Below the pieces are notes generated by a model. That model was given only the letters and a program-made list of their open reading frames with translations. It did not search any database and was not told the origin of the DNA. A DNA stretch of 64,000 nt from assembly GCA_943354475.1 (NCBI GenBank), contig CALRBT010000001.1, forward strand, positions 101,424-165,423. The letters run 5' to 3'. Below are positions 29,359 to 39,400 of this stretch, piece after piece. The translations under genes were made by a program, and so were the position numbers. The DNA is from Parcubacteria group bacterium (GTDB taxonomy: Bacteria; Patescibacteriota; Minisyncoccia; Phycocordibacterales; CALRBT01). The stretch's first letter is position 1, and each line of letters opens with the position of its first letter.

Positions 29359-31182
29359 ATGTCCAGCCCCGTTGAACAAATTAAAGAACGTCTCAATATC
29401 ATCGATGTTATCGGCTCGTATATTAAGGTTGAAAAATCCGGAATCAACTTCAAGGCTAAATGCCCGTTCCACAATGAGAAGACAGCCTCGTTCTACATCT
29501 CACCGGAGCGCCGAAGCTTCTATTGTTTTGGCTGTAACGCCAAGGGCGACATCTTCAGCTTTGTTGAACAGTTTGAGGGGCTAGATTTTATGGGGGCGCT
29601 CAAAGTGCTCGCTGTACGCGCTGGAGTTGAGCTGACCGGTTTTCGTCGTGAACGCTCGGATGGGAAGGATAAAGAAAGTAAAGAAAAACTTTTTGAACTA
29701 CTTGACGCTGCAACACATTATTTCCAGCAGAATCTTGTATCTAATCCAGCCGCACTTGCGTACCTAAAGAAGAGGGGGATTACCATCGAAACAATGAAAT
29801 CATTCCAGCTTGGTTTTGCGCCGGAGGCCTGGCGAAATCTCCATGAGCATTTGGCCAAAGCGGGCTTTAGTGACGTGGACATGGAAAAGGTCGGACTTAT
29901 TAAAAAGGCAGCTGCCAAAAACGCATCAGGTATCTCAATCTATGATCGTTTTCGTAGTCGCATCATTTTTCCACTTGCTGATCAATCAGGTCGCATAGCA
30001 GGATTTTCAGGAAGAATTTTTAGTGCCGAAGGAAAAGTAGCTGATGATGTTGCCAAGTACTTAAATTCTCCAGAGACTGAAATTTTCCTAAAATCCAAAC
30101 TCCTCTTTGGTTTCGATAAAGCTAAGCTTGAGATTCGTCGTAAGGATTTTACTATTGTGGTTGAGGGACAAATTGATCTGGTTATGTCGCACCAAGTCGG
30201 GTTTGCCAACACCGTGGCACTCTCAGGAACCGCACTTTCTCTCGATCACCTCCAGATGCTCAAACGGTTCTCAGACAGATTAATTTTTGCTTTTGACGCG
30301 GATAGTGCCGGGTTCCGCGCCTCTACTCGCTCCGCACGTGAGGCGCTCGCCCTCGGTATGGAAGTGCGGGTGGCACTCTTGCCTGCAGGTAAGGATCCGG
30401 CTGATATGATTCTTGAAGACCTCTCAAATGAGAAAGAGGGGAAAGAAAAGTTATGGCCTGAGGTTCTCTCTAAGTCAGTCCACATTATTGATTTCTACTT
30501 AAACCATCTCTTTAACGAAAAACTGGATGATGCACAGCTCCGCAAACGAATCGAGAAAGAGGTACTACCTTACATTCTTTCAATAGGAAGCAAGATAGAA
30601 CAAGCTCATTTTATCAAACGTATTGCCAAAGCACTCGGTGTTGATGAAGAACCTGTTTGGCAGGAATTAGCCAAACTTGAAGCGAGCGAGAAGCAGGCGG
30701 TTCGAAGTGTAGAACAATCGCCCGTACCCACAGCACTTACACTAACCAACGACAAACGCTCTGAGTCGCGCGACCGAATTCTCCGTAAACTCATCGCGTT
30801 GTACTTTCTCGAACAAGAGAATCAACATGCTGGAAAAGAGCACGCCTTTGAAATCGAGGTATTTGAAAAACGCATTAGCGACATTCGTGGAGTAGATTTT
30901 CTTAAAGCTGTGGTTGAAAACTATGAATCAGAACGCTCGGAGCTGGTGCTCGAAGCGGAGGTTACTTACGATGATCCCACCGCCCTTGTAAAAAATCTTG
31001 ATGAATTGCTCTTAAACTTTGAAGAAGAATTCCTCAAAGAGACACTCACTCGGACGGTTATTGCCTTGCGTCAGGCTGAGGCCAAGGATCATCGTGATGA
31101 AGTGCTCGAACTTCTCAAAGAGTCCCAGGAAATCTCAAAAAAGCTAAACACGCTGGCTCGGCTGAAACTCTCGGGAAACTAG
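29359..31182 (+). CDS. dnaG: DNA primase
   Basis: Zinc ribbon CPFHNEKTASF...YCFGC and TOPRIM motifs (VVEGQIDL...FDADSAG). Confidence 0.9.
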   Translation: MSSPVEQIKERLNIIDVIGSYIKVEKSGINFKAKCPFHNEKTASFYISPERRSFYCFGCNAKGDIFSFVEQFEGLDFMGALKVLAVRAGVELTGFRRERSDGKDKESKEKLFELLDAATHYFQQNLVSNPAALAYLKKRGITIETMKSFQLGFAPEAWRNLHEHLAKAGFSDVDMEKVGLIKKAAAKNASGISIYDRFRSRIIFPLADQSGRIAGFSGRIFSAEGKVADDVAKYLNSPETEIFLKSKLLFGFDKAKLEIRRKDFTIVVEGQIDLVMSHQVGFANTVALSGTALSLDHLQMLKRFSDRLIFAFDADSAGFRASTRSAREALALGMEVRVALLPAGKDPADMILEDLSNEKEGKEKLWPEVLSKSVHIIDFYLNHLFNEKLDDAQLRKRIEKEVLPYILSIGSKIEQAHFIKRIAKALGVDEEPVWQELAKLEASEKQAVRSVEQSPVPTALTLTNDKRSESRDRILRKLIALYFLEQENQHAGKEHAFEIEVFEKRISDIRGVDFLKAVVENYESERSELVLEAEVTYDDPTALVKNLDELLLNFEEEFLKETLTRTVIALRQAEAKDHRDEVLELLKESQEISKKLNTLARLKLSGN

Positions 31183-31381
31183 TACCGTTACAAGTTACTA
31201 TGTACTGCAGACCATTGCGAAACACACCCCTTTTATATGACAGAAATTAACTTGTAACGGTACTAGCTCTCACTGCGAAAGTGTGGTACAATCCTCACAC
31301 ATCTGAGGCTACCGTGGGAGTCTCAATTTTCAGTATTTATCTCTCGTTTATCCTCAATTTATATAATCCTTTTTACTATAT

Positions 31382-32689
31382 ATGCCAAAAAAGAAGAAAG
31401 TTTCAAAAAAGAAAGTGGTCAAAGCAAAGCCTGCCAAAAAGGTAGTAAAGACCAAGGTTAAGGCTGTAAAAGCTAAGGTTAAGAATTTTGCCAAACTAAA
31501 ACTTGAACGTCAGAAGAAAGTAAAAGCAAAGACTGTAAAAAAGGTTGGGGGCAAGGCGCTTGCCAAGAAGGCGGTAAAGAAGAAGCCTGTCAAAGTAGAG
31601 AAAACAAAAAGTTCAAAGAAAGAAAACGAATTTAATAACAAAGTAGAAAGGCTTGTCCTCAAAGGTAAGGAGCGAGGCTTTGTCACCTACGATCAGATTC
31701 TCAAGGAATTCCCAGCTATTGAGGATGACATTCTTGGACTTGAATTTTTGTACGAAAAGTTTTCAGCATCTGGAATTGACGTCCTCGAAGGTGGAGGAAT
31801 GCTCGGTGCCAATGATGATGAATTGCCTAAGAAATACGGTTACGGAAAGAGTGATTCTTCATACGACTCGATTCAAATGTACCTAAAAGAAATTGGTCAG
31901 TACCCACTGCTTAAGGCGTTTGAAGAGAAAGACTTTGCTAAACGAATTATGGAAGGGGACATTGAAGCCAAGAATCTTCTGGCACGCGCTAACCTGCGTT
32001 TGGTGGTATCAATTGCCAAGAAATACGTTGGTCGCTCACCTGACCTCACGCTTCTTGATCTCATTCAAGAAGGAAACCTCGGACTCTTCAAGGCGGTAGA
32101 TAAGTTTGATTGGACTAAAGGATATAAATTCTCAACGTATGCCACGTGGTGGATTCGCCAAGCCATTACCCGTGCGCTTGCCGATCAGAGCCGAACCATC
32201 CGCATTCCGGTGCACATGGTGGAGACAATTGCCAAGTACAAGCAAGTAGTAAGGCGATTGTCACAGGATCTAGGACGTGACCCATTGCCCGATGAGATTG
32301 CAACCGAAATGGGTGTTGAAGTAGACAAGATTTACACTATTGAACAGATCAATCAAGACACAGTCTCGCTTGAATCTCCGGTAGGGGATGATGGAGATGA
32401 CAGGTCAACACTCGGTGACTTTATTGCAGATGATAAGATTTTAGCTCCCGATCACGAGTCTTCTCGCAGGATCCTTTCAGATCAGGTTAAAGATATTTTA
32501 AATGACCTCTCGCTTAAAGAGCGCAAGATTCTGGAGATGCGACATGGATTAGTTGATGGTATTACGCACACACTTGAAGAGGTTGGAAAAGAATTTGGTG
32601 TCACTCGTGAACGCATCAGACAGATTGAAGCAAAAGCTCACCAAAAGATACGAGAACATGAGAAGGTGAATCGACTCCGAAACTACTAA
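31382..32689 (+). CDS. rpoD: RNA polymerase sigma-70 factor with a histone-H1-like lysine-rich N-terminal extension of about 80 aa
   Basis: Region 1.2 ([17 protein letters not shown]), region 2 ([14 protein letters not shown]), region 3 and region 4 are all present. The N-terminus is [31 protein letters not shown]... Confidence 0.9.
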   Translation: MPKKKKVSKKKVVKAKPAKKVVKTKVKAVKAKVKNFAKLKLERQKKVKAKTVKKVGGKALAKKAVKKKPVKVEKTKSSKKENEFNNKVERLVLKGKERGFVTYDQILKEFPAIEDDILGLEFLYEKFSASGIDVLEGGGMLGANDDELPKKYGYGKSDSSYDSIQMYLKEIGQYPLLKAFEEKDFAKRIMEGDIEAKNLLARANLRLVVSIAKKYVGRSPDLTLLDLIQEGNLGLFKAVDKFDWTKGYKFSTYATWWIRQAITRALADQSRTIRIPVHMVETIAKYKQVVRRLSQDLGRDPLPDEIATEMGVEVDKIYTIEQINQDTVSLESPVGDDGDDRSTLGDFIADDKILAPDHESSRRILSDQVKDILNDLSLKERKILEMRHGLVDGITHTLEEVGKEFGVTRERIRQIEAKAHQKIREHEKVNRLRNY

Positions 32690-32728
32690 GGGTTTCCAAA
32701 CTTGGAAAATCCGGATGTTAAAGCATCA

Positions 32729-32756
32729 GACCCCCACAAGCAAGCTTGCGGGGGTC
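32729..32756 (+). terminator. Hairpin GACCCCCACAAGC/GCTTGCGGGGGTC after rpoD
   Basis: Read directly. One mismatch in a 13-bp stem. Confidence 0.55.
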
Positions 32757-32825
32757 TCGGCTTAATAGCGAACACCGCAGGGGAGGGGTTTATTCCTCCA
32801 CACCGCGGTGTGTTTCGTCGCGCGG

Positions 32826-33146
32826 TTACTTTCCGTGCGACAAGTGGTAGAGCATCTTGATGATGCCACAAGTGGTCCGTAGAAGGAAGAAGGCGATTAG
32901 GAAATGGGACACAAGTCCCATGTTTCCAAGCGTCACCTCCACCTGAGCCCCCGTATCTGGGGGCAACAAGTCGCATCCCCACTCGATCGATCTTGTCATC
33001 CCCCGTTTGATTTCTTTCAGTGTTTGGGGGTGGTAGGCGAGGAGGTAGGCGAACCCCCCCAGAACGACTGCGGTTGTCCACGCTTGGAAAAAGCGCGCCC
33101 TGATCCACATCCATCCAAAATAACCAAACTTTCTCGCGAATTCCAT
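32826..33146 (-). CDS. Small two-TM membrane protein in a GC-rich islet
   Basis: The start was chosen at the ATG preceded by AGGAGAA (MEFARKFGYFGWMWI...). Local GC is visibly higher than in the flanks. Confidence 0.4.
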   Translation of the reverse strand: MEFARKFGYFGWMWIRARFFQAWTTAVVLGGFAYLLAYHPQTLKEIKRGMTRSIEWGCDLLPPDTGAQVEVTLGNMGLVSHFLIAFFLLRTTCGIIKMLYHLSHGK

Positions 33147-33317
33147 CGGAGTTCTCCTGAATTGGTTTGACCACGTCCCATGACGCAATCTATTACTGAA
33201 TTAAGTATACCATACTTAATAAAATTTGTCAAGTATCACAAACACCTTCAAATTTTGTTCACAATGGTCAAAAATCTAGCCTAGAGATTAGGAAATAAAG
33301 GAGAGTGAGTATATAAT

Positions 33318-33467
33318 ATGCTCATGGCAAAACGACTCGCAGTAAATACAAAGAATAAAACATCTCGTTCTAAGAAAACAAAGAAGCGACTTGCGACTAA
33401 GAAAGCAATGCTTTTGGCGAAACCAAAGAACAAGAGCACCAACCCTAACCGAAGACGAAGTGCATAA
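33318..33467 (+). CDS. Unannotated 49-aa very basic peptide (MLMAKRLAVNTKNKTSRSKKTKKRLATKKAMLLAKPKNKSTNPNRRRSA)
   Basis: AAAGGAGAG lies upstream, though the spacing is long at about 12 nt. Two hairpins follow at 33583-33652. Confidence 0.3.
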   Translation: MLMAKRLAVNTKNKTSRSKKTKKRLATKKAMLLAKPKNKSTNPNRRRSA

Positions 33468-33582
33468 GTTTGAGGTGATATAGGGTTTGGTTTGATAAAA
33501 GAAAAGTGCCCATCACTAAGATGGTATTTTTCGTTGATGGATACGGATCGAAAGATTATGGTTTACGATTTTTTACATACTT

Positions 33583-33652
33583 CAACCGCAAGGTTTAGCC
33601 TTGCGGTTGTTTAGTTAAAGTAGAAACGCTCGGCCTTGCGGCCGAGCGTTTT
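33583..33652. terminator. Two tandem hairpins (CAACCGCAAGG..CCTTGCGGTTG and AAACGCTCGGCC..GGCCGAGCGTTT plus a T run) forming a bidirectional terminator
   Basis: Read directly from the sequence. Confidence 0.6.
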
Positions 33653-33662
33653 AATTTAGGCG

Positions 33663-34238
33663 TTAGCCTCTCTGATACTCCTCCCATACTGGGGTGAAAT
33701 TTTCACGGAAGACACCCATCTGAATCGTGTCGTGATAACCACCATCTTTCCACATGTGCCGTAGTCGGCGCCCTTCTTCAAAGAACCCACATTTTTTGTA
33801 AGAGGCGATAGCACGTGGATTGAAGTCGTGAACATCAAGTTCGATCTTATGGAGATTCATTTGCATCAGGGCATATTCCAGGAGCAATAATAACGCTTCA
33901 CTCCCGTGACCTTTACCCCAATATTCTTTCTCGCCAATTGCAATACCAAAGGTGGCAACTCTACTAACCCAATCAATTCGATGAAGTCCAATATTACCAA
34001 TTGGAATTCCTTCCTTGGTTACGATAATGAATACTTGGTTACTGAGCTTATCCTTTGCTAAACGATCAATCCAGTCAACCTCGTTTTGCTCAAGTTGCGG
34101 AAAACCAATTCCGAGGTACTTAGTCACCTCAGTATCGTTGAACCATTTGAATAGATGAGGAACATCCGATTTCATTGGAATTCCCAAGTCAGTATTCTTT
34201 TTGCCAATACGAAAGATTGGGCGGGTACTATTTTCCAC
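33663..34238 (-). CDS. GNAT-family N-acetyltransferase (RimJ/RimL-like)
   Basis: GNAT acetyl-CoA motif region (HRIDWVSRVATFGIAIGEKEYWGKGHGSEAL). Confidence 0.75.
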   Translation of the reverse strand: MENSTRPIFRIGKKNTDLGIPMKSDVPHLFKWFNDTEVTKYLGIGFPQLEQNEVDWIDRLAKDKLSNQVFIIVTKEGIPIGNIGLHRIDWVSRVATFGIAIGEKEYWGKGHGSEALLLLLEYALMQMNLHKIELDVHDFNPRAIASYKKCGFFEEGRRLRHMWKDGGYHDTIQMGVFRENFTPVWEEYQRG

Positions 34239-34297
34239 GGTCGTATCCTTACTTGTTGTTAAAGAGCGCTAAAACCTGAGGTTTCAGGCTGAAAGCA

Positions 34298-34330
34298 AAA
34301 CATCTCGGCTTGCATTCAGCCGAGATGTTT
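34298..34330. terminator. 13-bp perfect hairpin AAACATCTCGGCT/AGCCGAGATGTTT
   Basis: Read directly from the sequence. Confidence 0.5.
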
Positions 34331-34540
34331 CAAGTGTGTAAAATAAAAGGGGATTTATATATTAACTTAAATTACTCTCAGCTAAAGACAAATGTGCTGT
34401 TGCGGTGCCGGAAATGGCAAAAACAACCCACATATCCTTTGGGCAAGCGTGATTATTAAGTTGATACATATTTCGTCTCATAATCTACTTATATCATCTA
34501 ACAAAATTTTGTCAACAGAGATGATTTTTAAAAACAAAAT

Positions 34541-34586
34541 CGCCCCTAATATAGAGTCTCTACGGGACGACTCTGCATTAGGGGCG
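34541..34586. terminator. Long compound hairpin CGCCCCTAAT..AGAGTC..GACTCT..ATTAGGGGCG downstream of the 34593..35228 gene
   Basis: Read directly from the sequence. Confidence 0.5.
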
Positions 34587-34592
34587 GACTGC

Positions 34593-35228
34593 TTATCTTC
34601 TGATTAAAGATCTTAACCAAGTAATTACTACGGCGAACGTATGCCAAAAGAAATTTCTTCTTAATGACTCATCAGTTCTTGAAGTGTCATCTACAATAGC
34701 TTTCTGTTCTTCAGGACCCTCTATAATTGTTACGGTTGGCAAGACAACTTCGGTACTTTCAGTCATCCACCGTCCAAAGATTTCAGTAACTAAAGATTCG
34801 ATGGCGACAAACAAAAATCTTTTTTCCTCTTTGGTTTTCTCGAGTGGCGTTTTGTAACGTATTCCTTTGATACGCACCGTTAGGTCTGCTGTTTCCAACT
34901 CTCGGAGCGTCTCTTGGACTGACATATCTGTTGTGTAGATAAAGAACCTTCCCATCCATGGATGATCTTCGCCAGTTGGACCTGAGAGTTTGCATTCAGA
35001 GACCAGAATAGAAACTTGGTGAAAAACTTGAGCAAAAGAACTTGTATCTTCCAGGCTTGGAATAGTTCGCAAATCCAGTGGAGAATAATAACCACCCGCA
35101 ACTTCTGGATTGTTATTTCCCGTTAGAGTTAGAACTACTCTTTGAGTTATTTCTTCAAAGGCAATCGTTGCACGTATGTTTCCGTTGAGCTCCAGGCTAA
35201 TTAAGGGATCCTTAAAGGAAAAGGGCAT
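34593..35228 (-). CDS. Hypothetical protein of 211 aa
   Basis: Long ORF with coding-like composition. No recognised motif. Confidence 0.45.
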   Translation of the reverse strand: MPFSFKDPLISLELNGNIRATIAFEEITQRVVLTLTGNNNPEVAGGYYSPLDLRTIPSLEDTSSFAQVFHQVSILVSECKLSGPTGEDHPWMGRFFIYTTDMSVQETLRELETADLTVRIKGIRYKTPLEKTKEEKRFLFVAIESLVTEIFGRWMTESTEVVLPTVTIIEGPEEQKAIVDDTSRTDESLRRNFFWHTFAVVITWLRSLIRR

Positions 35229-35378
35229 CAGGGTTCTCCAAGGTGGTGAATCATCTTTCCTTTTATAGTATGCATTTTGGTAACTCCAAGGTCAACGTTA
35301 AAAGTTTAGCAAAGCTAGTTGGGTATAATAAAGACGAAGCTACCTATTGATGTTATCGCAAGGTAGCTCTCTCTTCGT

Positions 35379-35687
35379 TTATTCGACTTTCAGAATTAGA
35401 GATGGCAACAAGAACCCTTCAAGTCCAGTGATCCTTATGCGACCGTCAGGAGTAATTTCCATGACCATCCCTCGTACGTTTCCTTTGACAGTAACATTTG
35501 AGCCAAGCCTAACTCCAAGCTTTTCAATTTCGGCAAGTCTGTCCTCGGCACCTTTTGGTGCCGGCAATCTCAGGGAGTTAGATATTCCCTTTAAACTTCT
35601 TTCATCCACTGATCCTATGACTCTCGCCAATGAGGTGTTGCTAACTAAAATTCTCACGCTACGCTGTGGCAGCCTATGATTTCTCAC
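35379..35687 (-). CDS. Small hypothetical protein, possibly with a FeoA/SH3-like C-terminal domain
   Basis: The GTG start at 35687 is preceded by AAGGAG with an 8-nt spacer. The similarity to FeoA is weak. Confidence 0.35.
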   Translation of the reverse strand: MRNHRLPQRSVRILVSNTSLARVIGSVDERSLKGISNSLRLPAPKGAEDRLAEIEKLGVRLGSNVTVKGNVRGMVMEITPDGRIRITGLEGFLLPSLILKVE

Positions 35688-35786
35688 TTGACGTTCTCCT
35701 TGTTCAACGCTTGAGAGAGGATACCATAGTAAGTAGGTTGGAGTAAATGGTGCCAAGGGAGAGAATTCTTTTATGTAAATTCGTAA

Positions 35787-35812
35787 GCGCCCGGGGAAAT
35801 TCTCCCGGGCGC
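35787..35812. terminator. GC hairpin GCGCCCGGG/CCCGGGCGC
   Basis: Read directly. Lies downstream of the lipoprotein gene. Confidence 0.45.
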
Positions 35813-35836
35813 CTTGTTTGCTTCTCCTCGCGTTGT

Positions 35837-36325
35837 TTAGTTTTTCTTGGTTAGGACCGCATTTCGTGTCCACACTTCATCTCCTGATCCATCTGGGCCG
35901 TAGCGATAGGTTGGCCCATCACCGACTTCAATGGTGGTCCCATCGGGACACAAAAGAGATGTACGATCCTTGATAGATGAAGAGACAGGTTCGCAGTCGC
36001 TTTTGCCCAAGGCAGTAAGCGCCAGGTTCATCAAGTGAGCGAGGGCACCCCCCCTCTTCTCCGTGGTGTAGATCGCGAAGTCTGGCCTCACCGTCACTGC
36101 GGTTATTCCCTCGCCACGAAAGACACGCCTTTCGGTGCTCAGTAGGACTTGGTCGCAATCCATAATCTTGCCGAATTCCTCAGACATTAGGGTCGCTTCG
36201 TTGTAGCAGGCCTTCGGTAGCCAATCTGGCACAATCCTCGGTTGAGGTGCTTGCCCGCAATTAGTCAGGGCTGCCAGAAGCACAATAAGCGCCGCGGGCA
36301 GCATCTTCTTGCAGAAACTGATCAA
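35837..36325 (-). CDS. Putative lipoprotein with 6 Cys in the mature part, in a GC-rich islet
   Basis: Signal peptide with lipobox LTNC|G (MLPAALIVLLAALTNCG). Composition is GC-rich relative to the flanks. Confidence 0.5.
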   Translation of the reverse strand: MISFCKKMLPAALIVLLAALTNCGQAPQPRIVPDWLPKACYNEATLMSEEFGKIMDCDQVLLSTERRVFRGEGITAVTVRPDFAIYTTEKRGGALAHLMNLALTALGKSDCEPVSSSIKDRTSLLCPDGTTIEVGDGPTYRYGPDGSGDEVWTRNAVLTKKN

Positions 36326-36433
36326 GGTCTTGATTCCTCTATTTAGTTCCGTTTTATATAATATAACAATATGTAGACTATGTCAATATTTAGTAGAGTA
36401 ATTTCTCTTACCCACCTCTCTTCAAAGTAGCCC

Positions 36434-39400
36434 GTGGTATACTTGCCACAAATGCCCACATTAACCACATTTGATAAGCTCTATAAAAACCTCAACGTAA
36501 AGCAAAAGGAGGCAGTAGACGCTATTGAGGGACCAGTTATGGTTATAGCCGGTCCTGGTACTGGCAAAACTTCAATACTCACGATTCGTATCGCTAATAT
36601 CTTAAAGCTAACTGATACACAACCAGATAATATTCTTGCACTCACCTTTACTGAATCTGGAGTTTATTCAATGCGTAAAAAGTTGGTAGGACTCATTGGT
36701 TCACGGGCCTATAAAGTGGCGATCCATACGTTCCACGGATTTGCCAATGAAGTGATAAAAAAGTACCCAGAACATTTTCCAAGAATTATTGGTGCGGAAC
36801 ATATTACGGACATTGATCAGATTAGAATTCTTGAAGAAATCATTGAAAAAACTGATTTTAAAATCCTCAAGCCGTTTGGTGATATTTTCTACTATCTTCA
36901 ACCTTCACTAAACAGTATTCGGACACTCAAGCGTGAGAATATTGCACCTGTTGAGTTTGAAAAACGAATCTTGGAACAGGAAAAGCAGTTTCGTGAAATT
37001 GATGACCTCTATCACGAAAAAGGGGCGCATAAAGGTAAAATGAAAGGGAAGTATGTAACCATGCTCGAGCATATCGAGAAGAATAAGGAGCTCCTGGATA
37101 TTTACCAGCAGTACGAAAAACAGCTTGAGAAGGGAAAACAGTATGATTATGAAGACATGATTATGGAGACAGTACGCGTACTTGAGAGTAATAACTCGCT
37201 CCTCCTCTCTCTCCAAGAGCAGTATCACTACATTCTTGCCGATGAGCACCAAGACACAAATTTTGGACAAAACAAAATTTTAGAATTACTCGCTAATTTT
37301 CATCAGAGTCCAAACCTTTTTATTGTTGGTGATGAGAAGCAAGCAATTTTCCGTTTCCAAGGCGCGTCGCTTGAGAATTTTCTTTACTTTAAAAAGCTGT
37401 ATCCGCAGGCGCTCCTTATTAATCTTGAGCATAATTATCGTTCAACACAGCCGATATTAGATGGTGCACATAGTTTGATACTCAACAACCGCGTTGATGA
37501 TGAAAGATTGCGTACCAGATTGCTCTCATCTGGTAAGCAAGTAGAAAATAAGAAAATAAAATTATATAGTTTTGAAAACGAAAATGAAGAAATTGCTTTT
37601 TTGGTTTCAGACATTGCGCAGCGAATTGAATCTGGGGTTAAGCCAGAAGAAATAGCTGTAATTTATCGTGACAATCGTGATGCGCTACCGATTGCTCAGG
37701 CACTTGAGAAAACAAATATTTCATTTGTCATTGAATCTGATCAAGACCTCTTAAATAATCCTGACATTCGCAAGTTCATTGCAATTCTGAAGGTAATCAA
37801 TCGTCTCGGTGATGACGCACTACTTACTGAACTTCTCCATATTGATTTCTTTGAGCTCGAGCCGCTCTCGGTGTATAGGCTTCTTCATAGTGCGAGTTCA
37901 TCTCGAAAAGCCCTCTCAAGTGTGATGTCATCACGTGCGGATATGAGCAAGGCAGGAATCGATGAGGTTGATACAGTCAAACTTTCAAACCTTTCAGGAT
38001 TGCTTTCCAGTTGGAGTAAGGCGGGACACAATAAGAATTTGATTGATATTTTGGAGATTGTTGTTCGGGAGTCAGGATTTCTCTCCTACATCCTTAAATC
38101 AGAAGGTGCGGCGTTGGCGCTTGAAGCGCTTGAAGCATTTTTTAACCAAGCACGGAACCTGATTGAATCACATCCATATTACAGGTTACGAGATTTCATT
38201 GAGTACCTTGAAGTACTTGAACGTTACAAATTGCTTTTGAAAGTTCGTAACAACAAAAGTGATCTTCAGGAGGTACGGCTAATGACAGCACATCGATCCA
38301 AGGGACTTGAATTTGAGGTGGTTTATGTGACCAGTTGCACTGATGGACACTGGGGGAATAAGAAAACACGCAATCACTTTCACTTGCCGATTACTCAGAA
38401 ACTTGCCGAGGAAGGTCAAGGTGAAAATGACGATGAGCGCAGATTATTCTATGTAGCACTTACTCGTGCCAAGCACGAAGTACTTCTGACATACGCCAGG
38501 GAAGCGAAAGGTAAGCATCAATTACCGAGCCAGTTTACGGAAGAGATTGATCGCCAGTTTTTGGAGGAAATTACACCAGAGCGGACACTTATTTCTCTCG
38601 ATGCTCGGGCGTTGGTTTACAAAGAGAAGCAGAATTATGGACCGTCCCTTAGAGATAAGGAATTTCTAAATGGTATTTTTCTTGACCAAGGTCTTTCAGT
38701 TTCGGCACTTAATAATTATCTTCGTTGTCCGTGGGAATATTTCTTCAATAATTTAGTACGCGTACCAAAATCCCCCGGGAAATTCCAGCGATATGGAACA
38801 GCAATCCATAATGCGCTGAAGAAATTTCTCGATCTCTACAAGGAAACAGGAGAAGCTAAAAAGAAAGTACTTCTTGAGTATTTTGAAGAGGAGCTTAACC
38901 GAGGTTATTTTGTAGAGAGTGAGTTTAAAGATTTGTTGGAAAAAGGAAAAATATCTCTTGGTGGTTATTTTGACCAGCATCATAAAAGCCTAAGTCCTGC
39001 TATTTGGAATGAATACACAATCTCCGGAATACTTATCCCGCTTGGAGTTGAGTCTGAAAATGGGGAAGAAAGGCAGATACTCTTGAAAGGAATACTAGAT
39101 CGGATTGAAGCAGTGAATGGTCAGCTAGATGGTAGAGAAGTCATTGTCTATGATTATAAGACTGGAAAACCGAAGAGTCGCAATGAACTTGAAGGAAAGA
39201 CCAAGAATGCAACGGGGGATTACAAACGGCAGGTAACGTTTTATAAACTACTCCTTGATCGTGAACCAGTTAATCCTAAACGTGGCACATTTCAATTTAA
39301 TTCAGCGATTATCGATTTTATTGAACCAGACGATCGAGGAAAATATCATCGTGAGCAATTCTTTATTAGTGATCAAGAAGTGAACGAATTGGTTGAGTTA

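Noticed and set aside
32686-33174. 162-aa ORF on the minus strand
   Set aside because: Its translation is low-complexity and runs of G/P/R typical of an out-of-frame read through GC-rich DNA. It overlaps, in another frame, the 106-aa two-TM ORF that has a good ribosome-binding site.
35347-35679. Plus-strand 110-aa ORF opposite the small GTG-initiated minus-strand gene
   Set aside because: It is an antisense shadow. The minus-strand frame has a proper AAGGAG-N8-GTG initiation context, whereas the plus frame has none.
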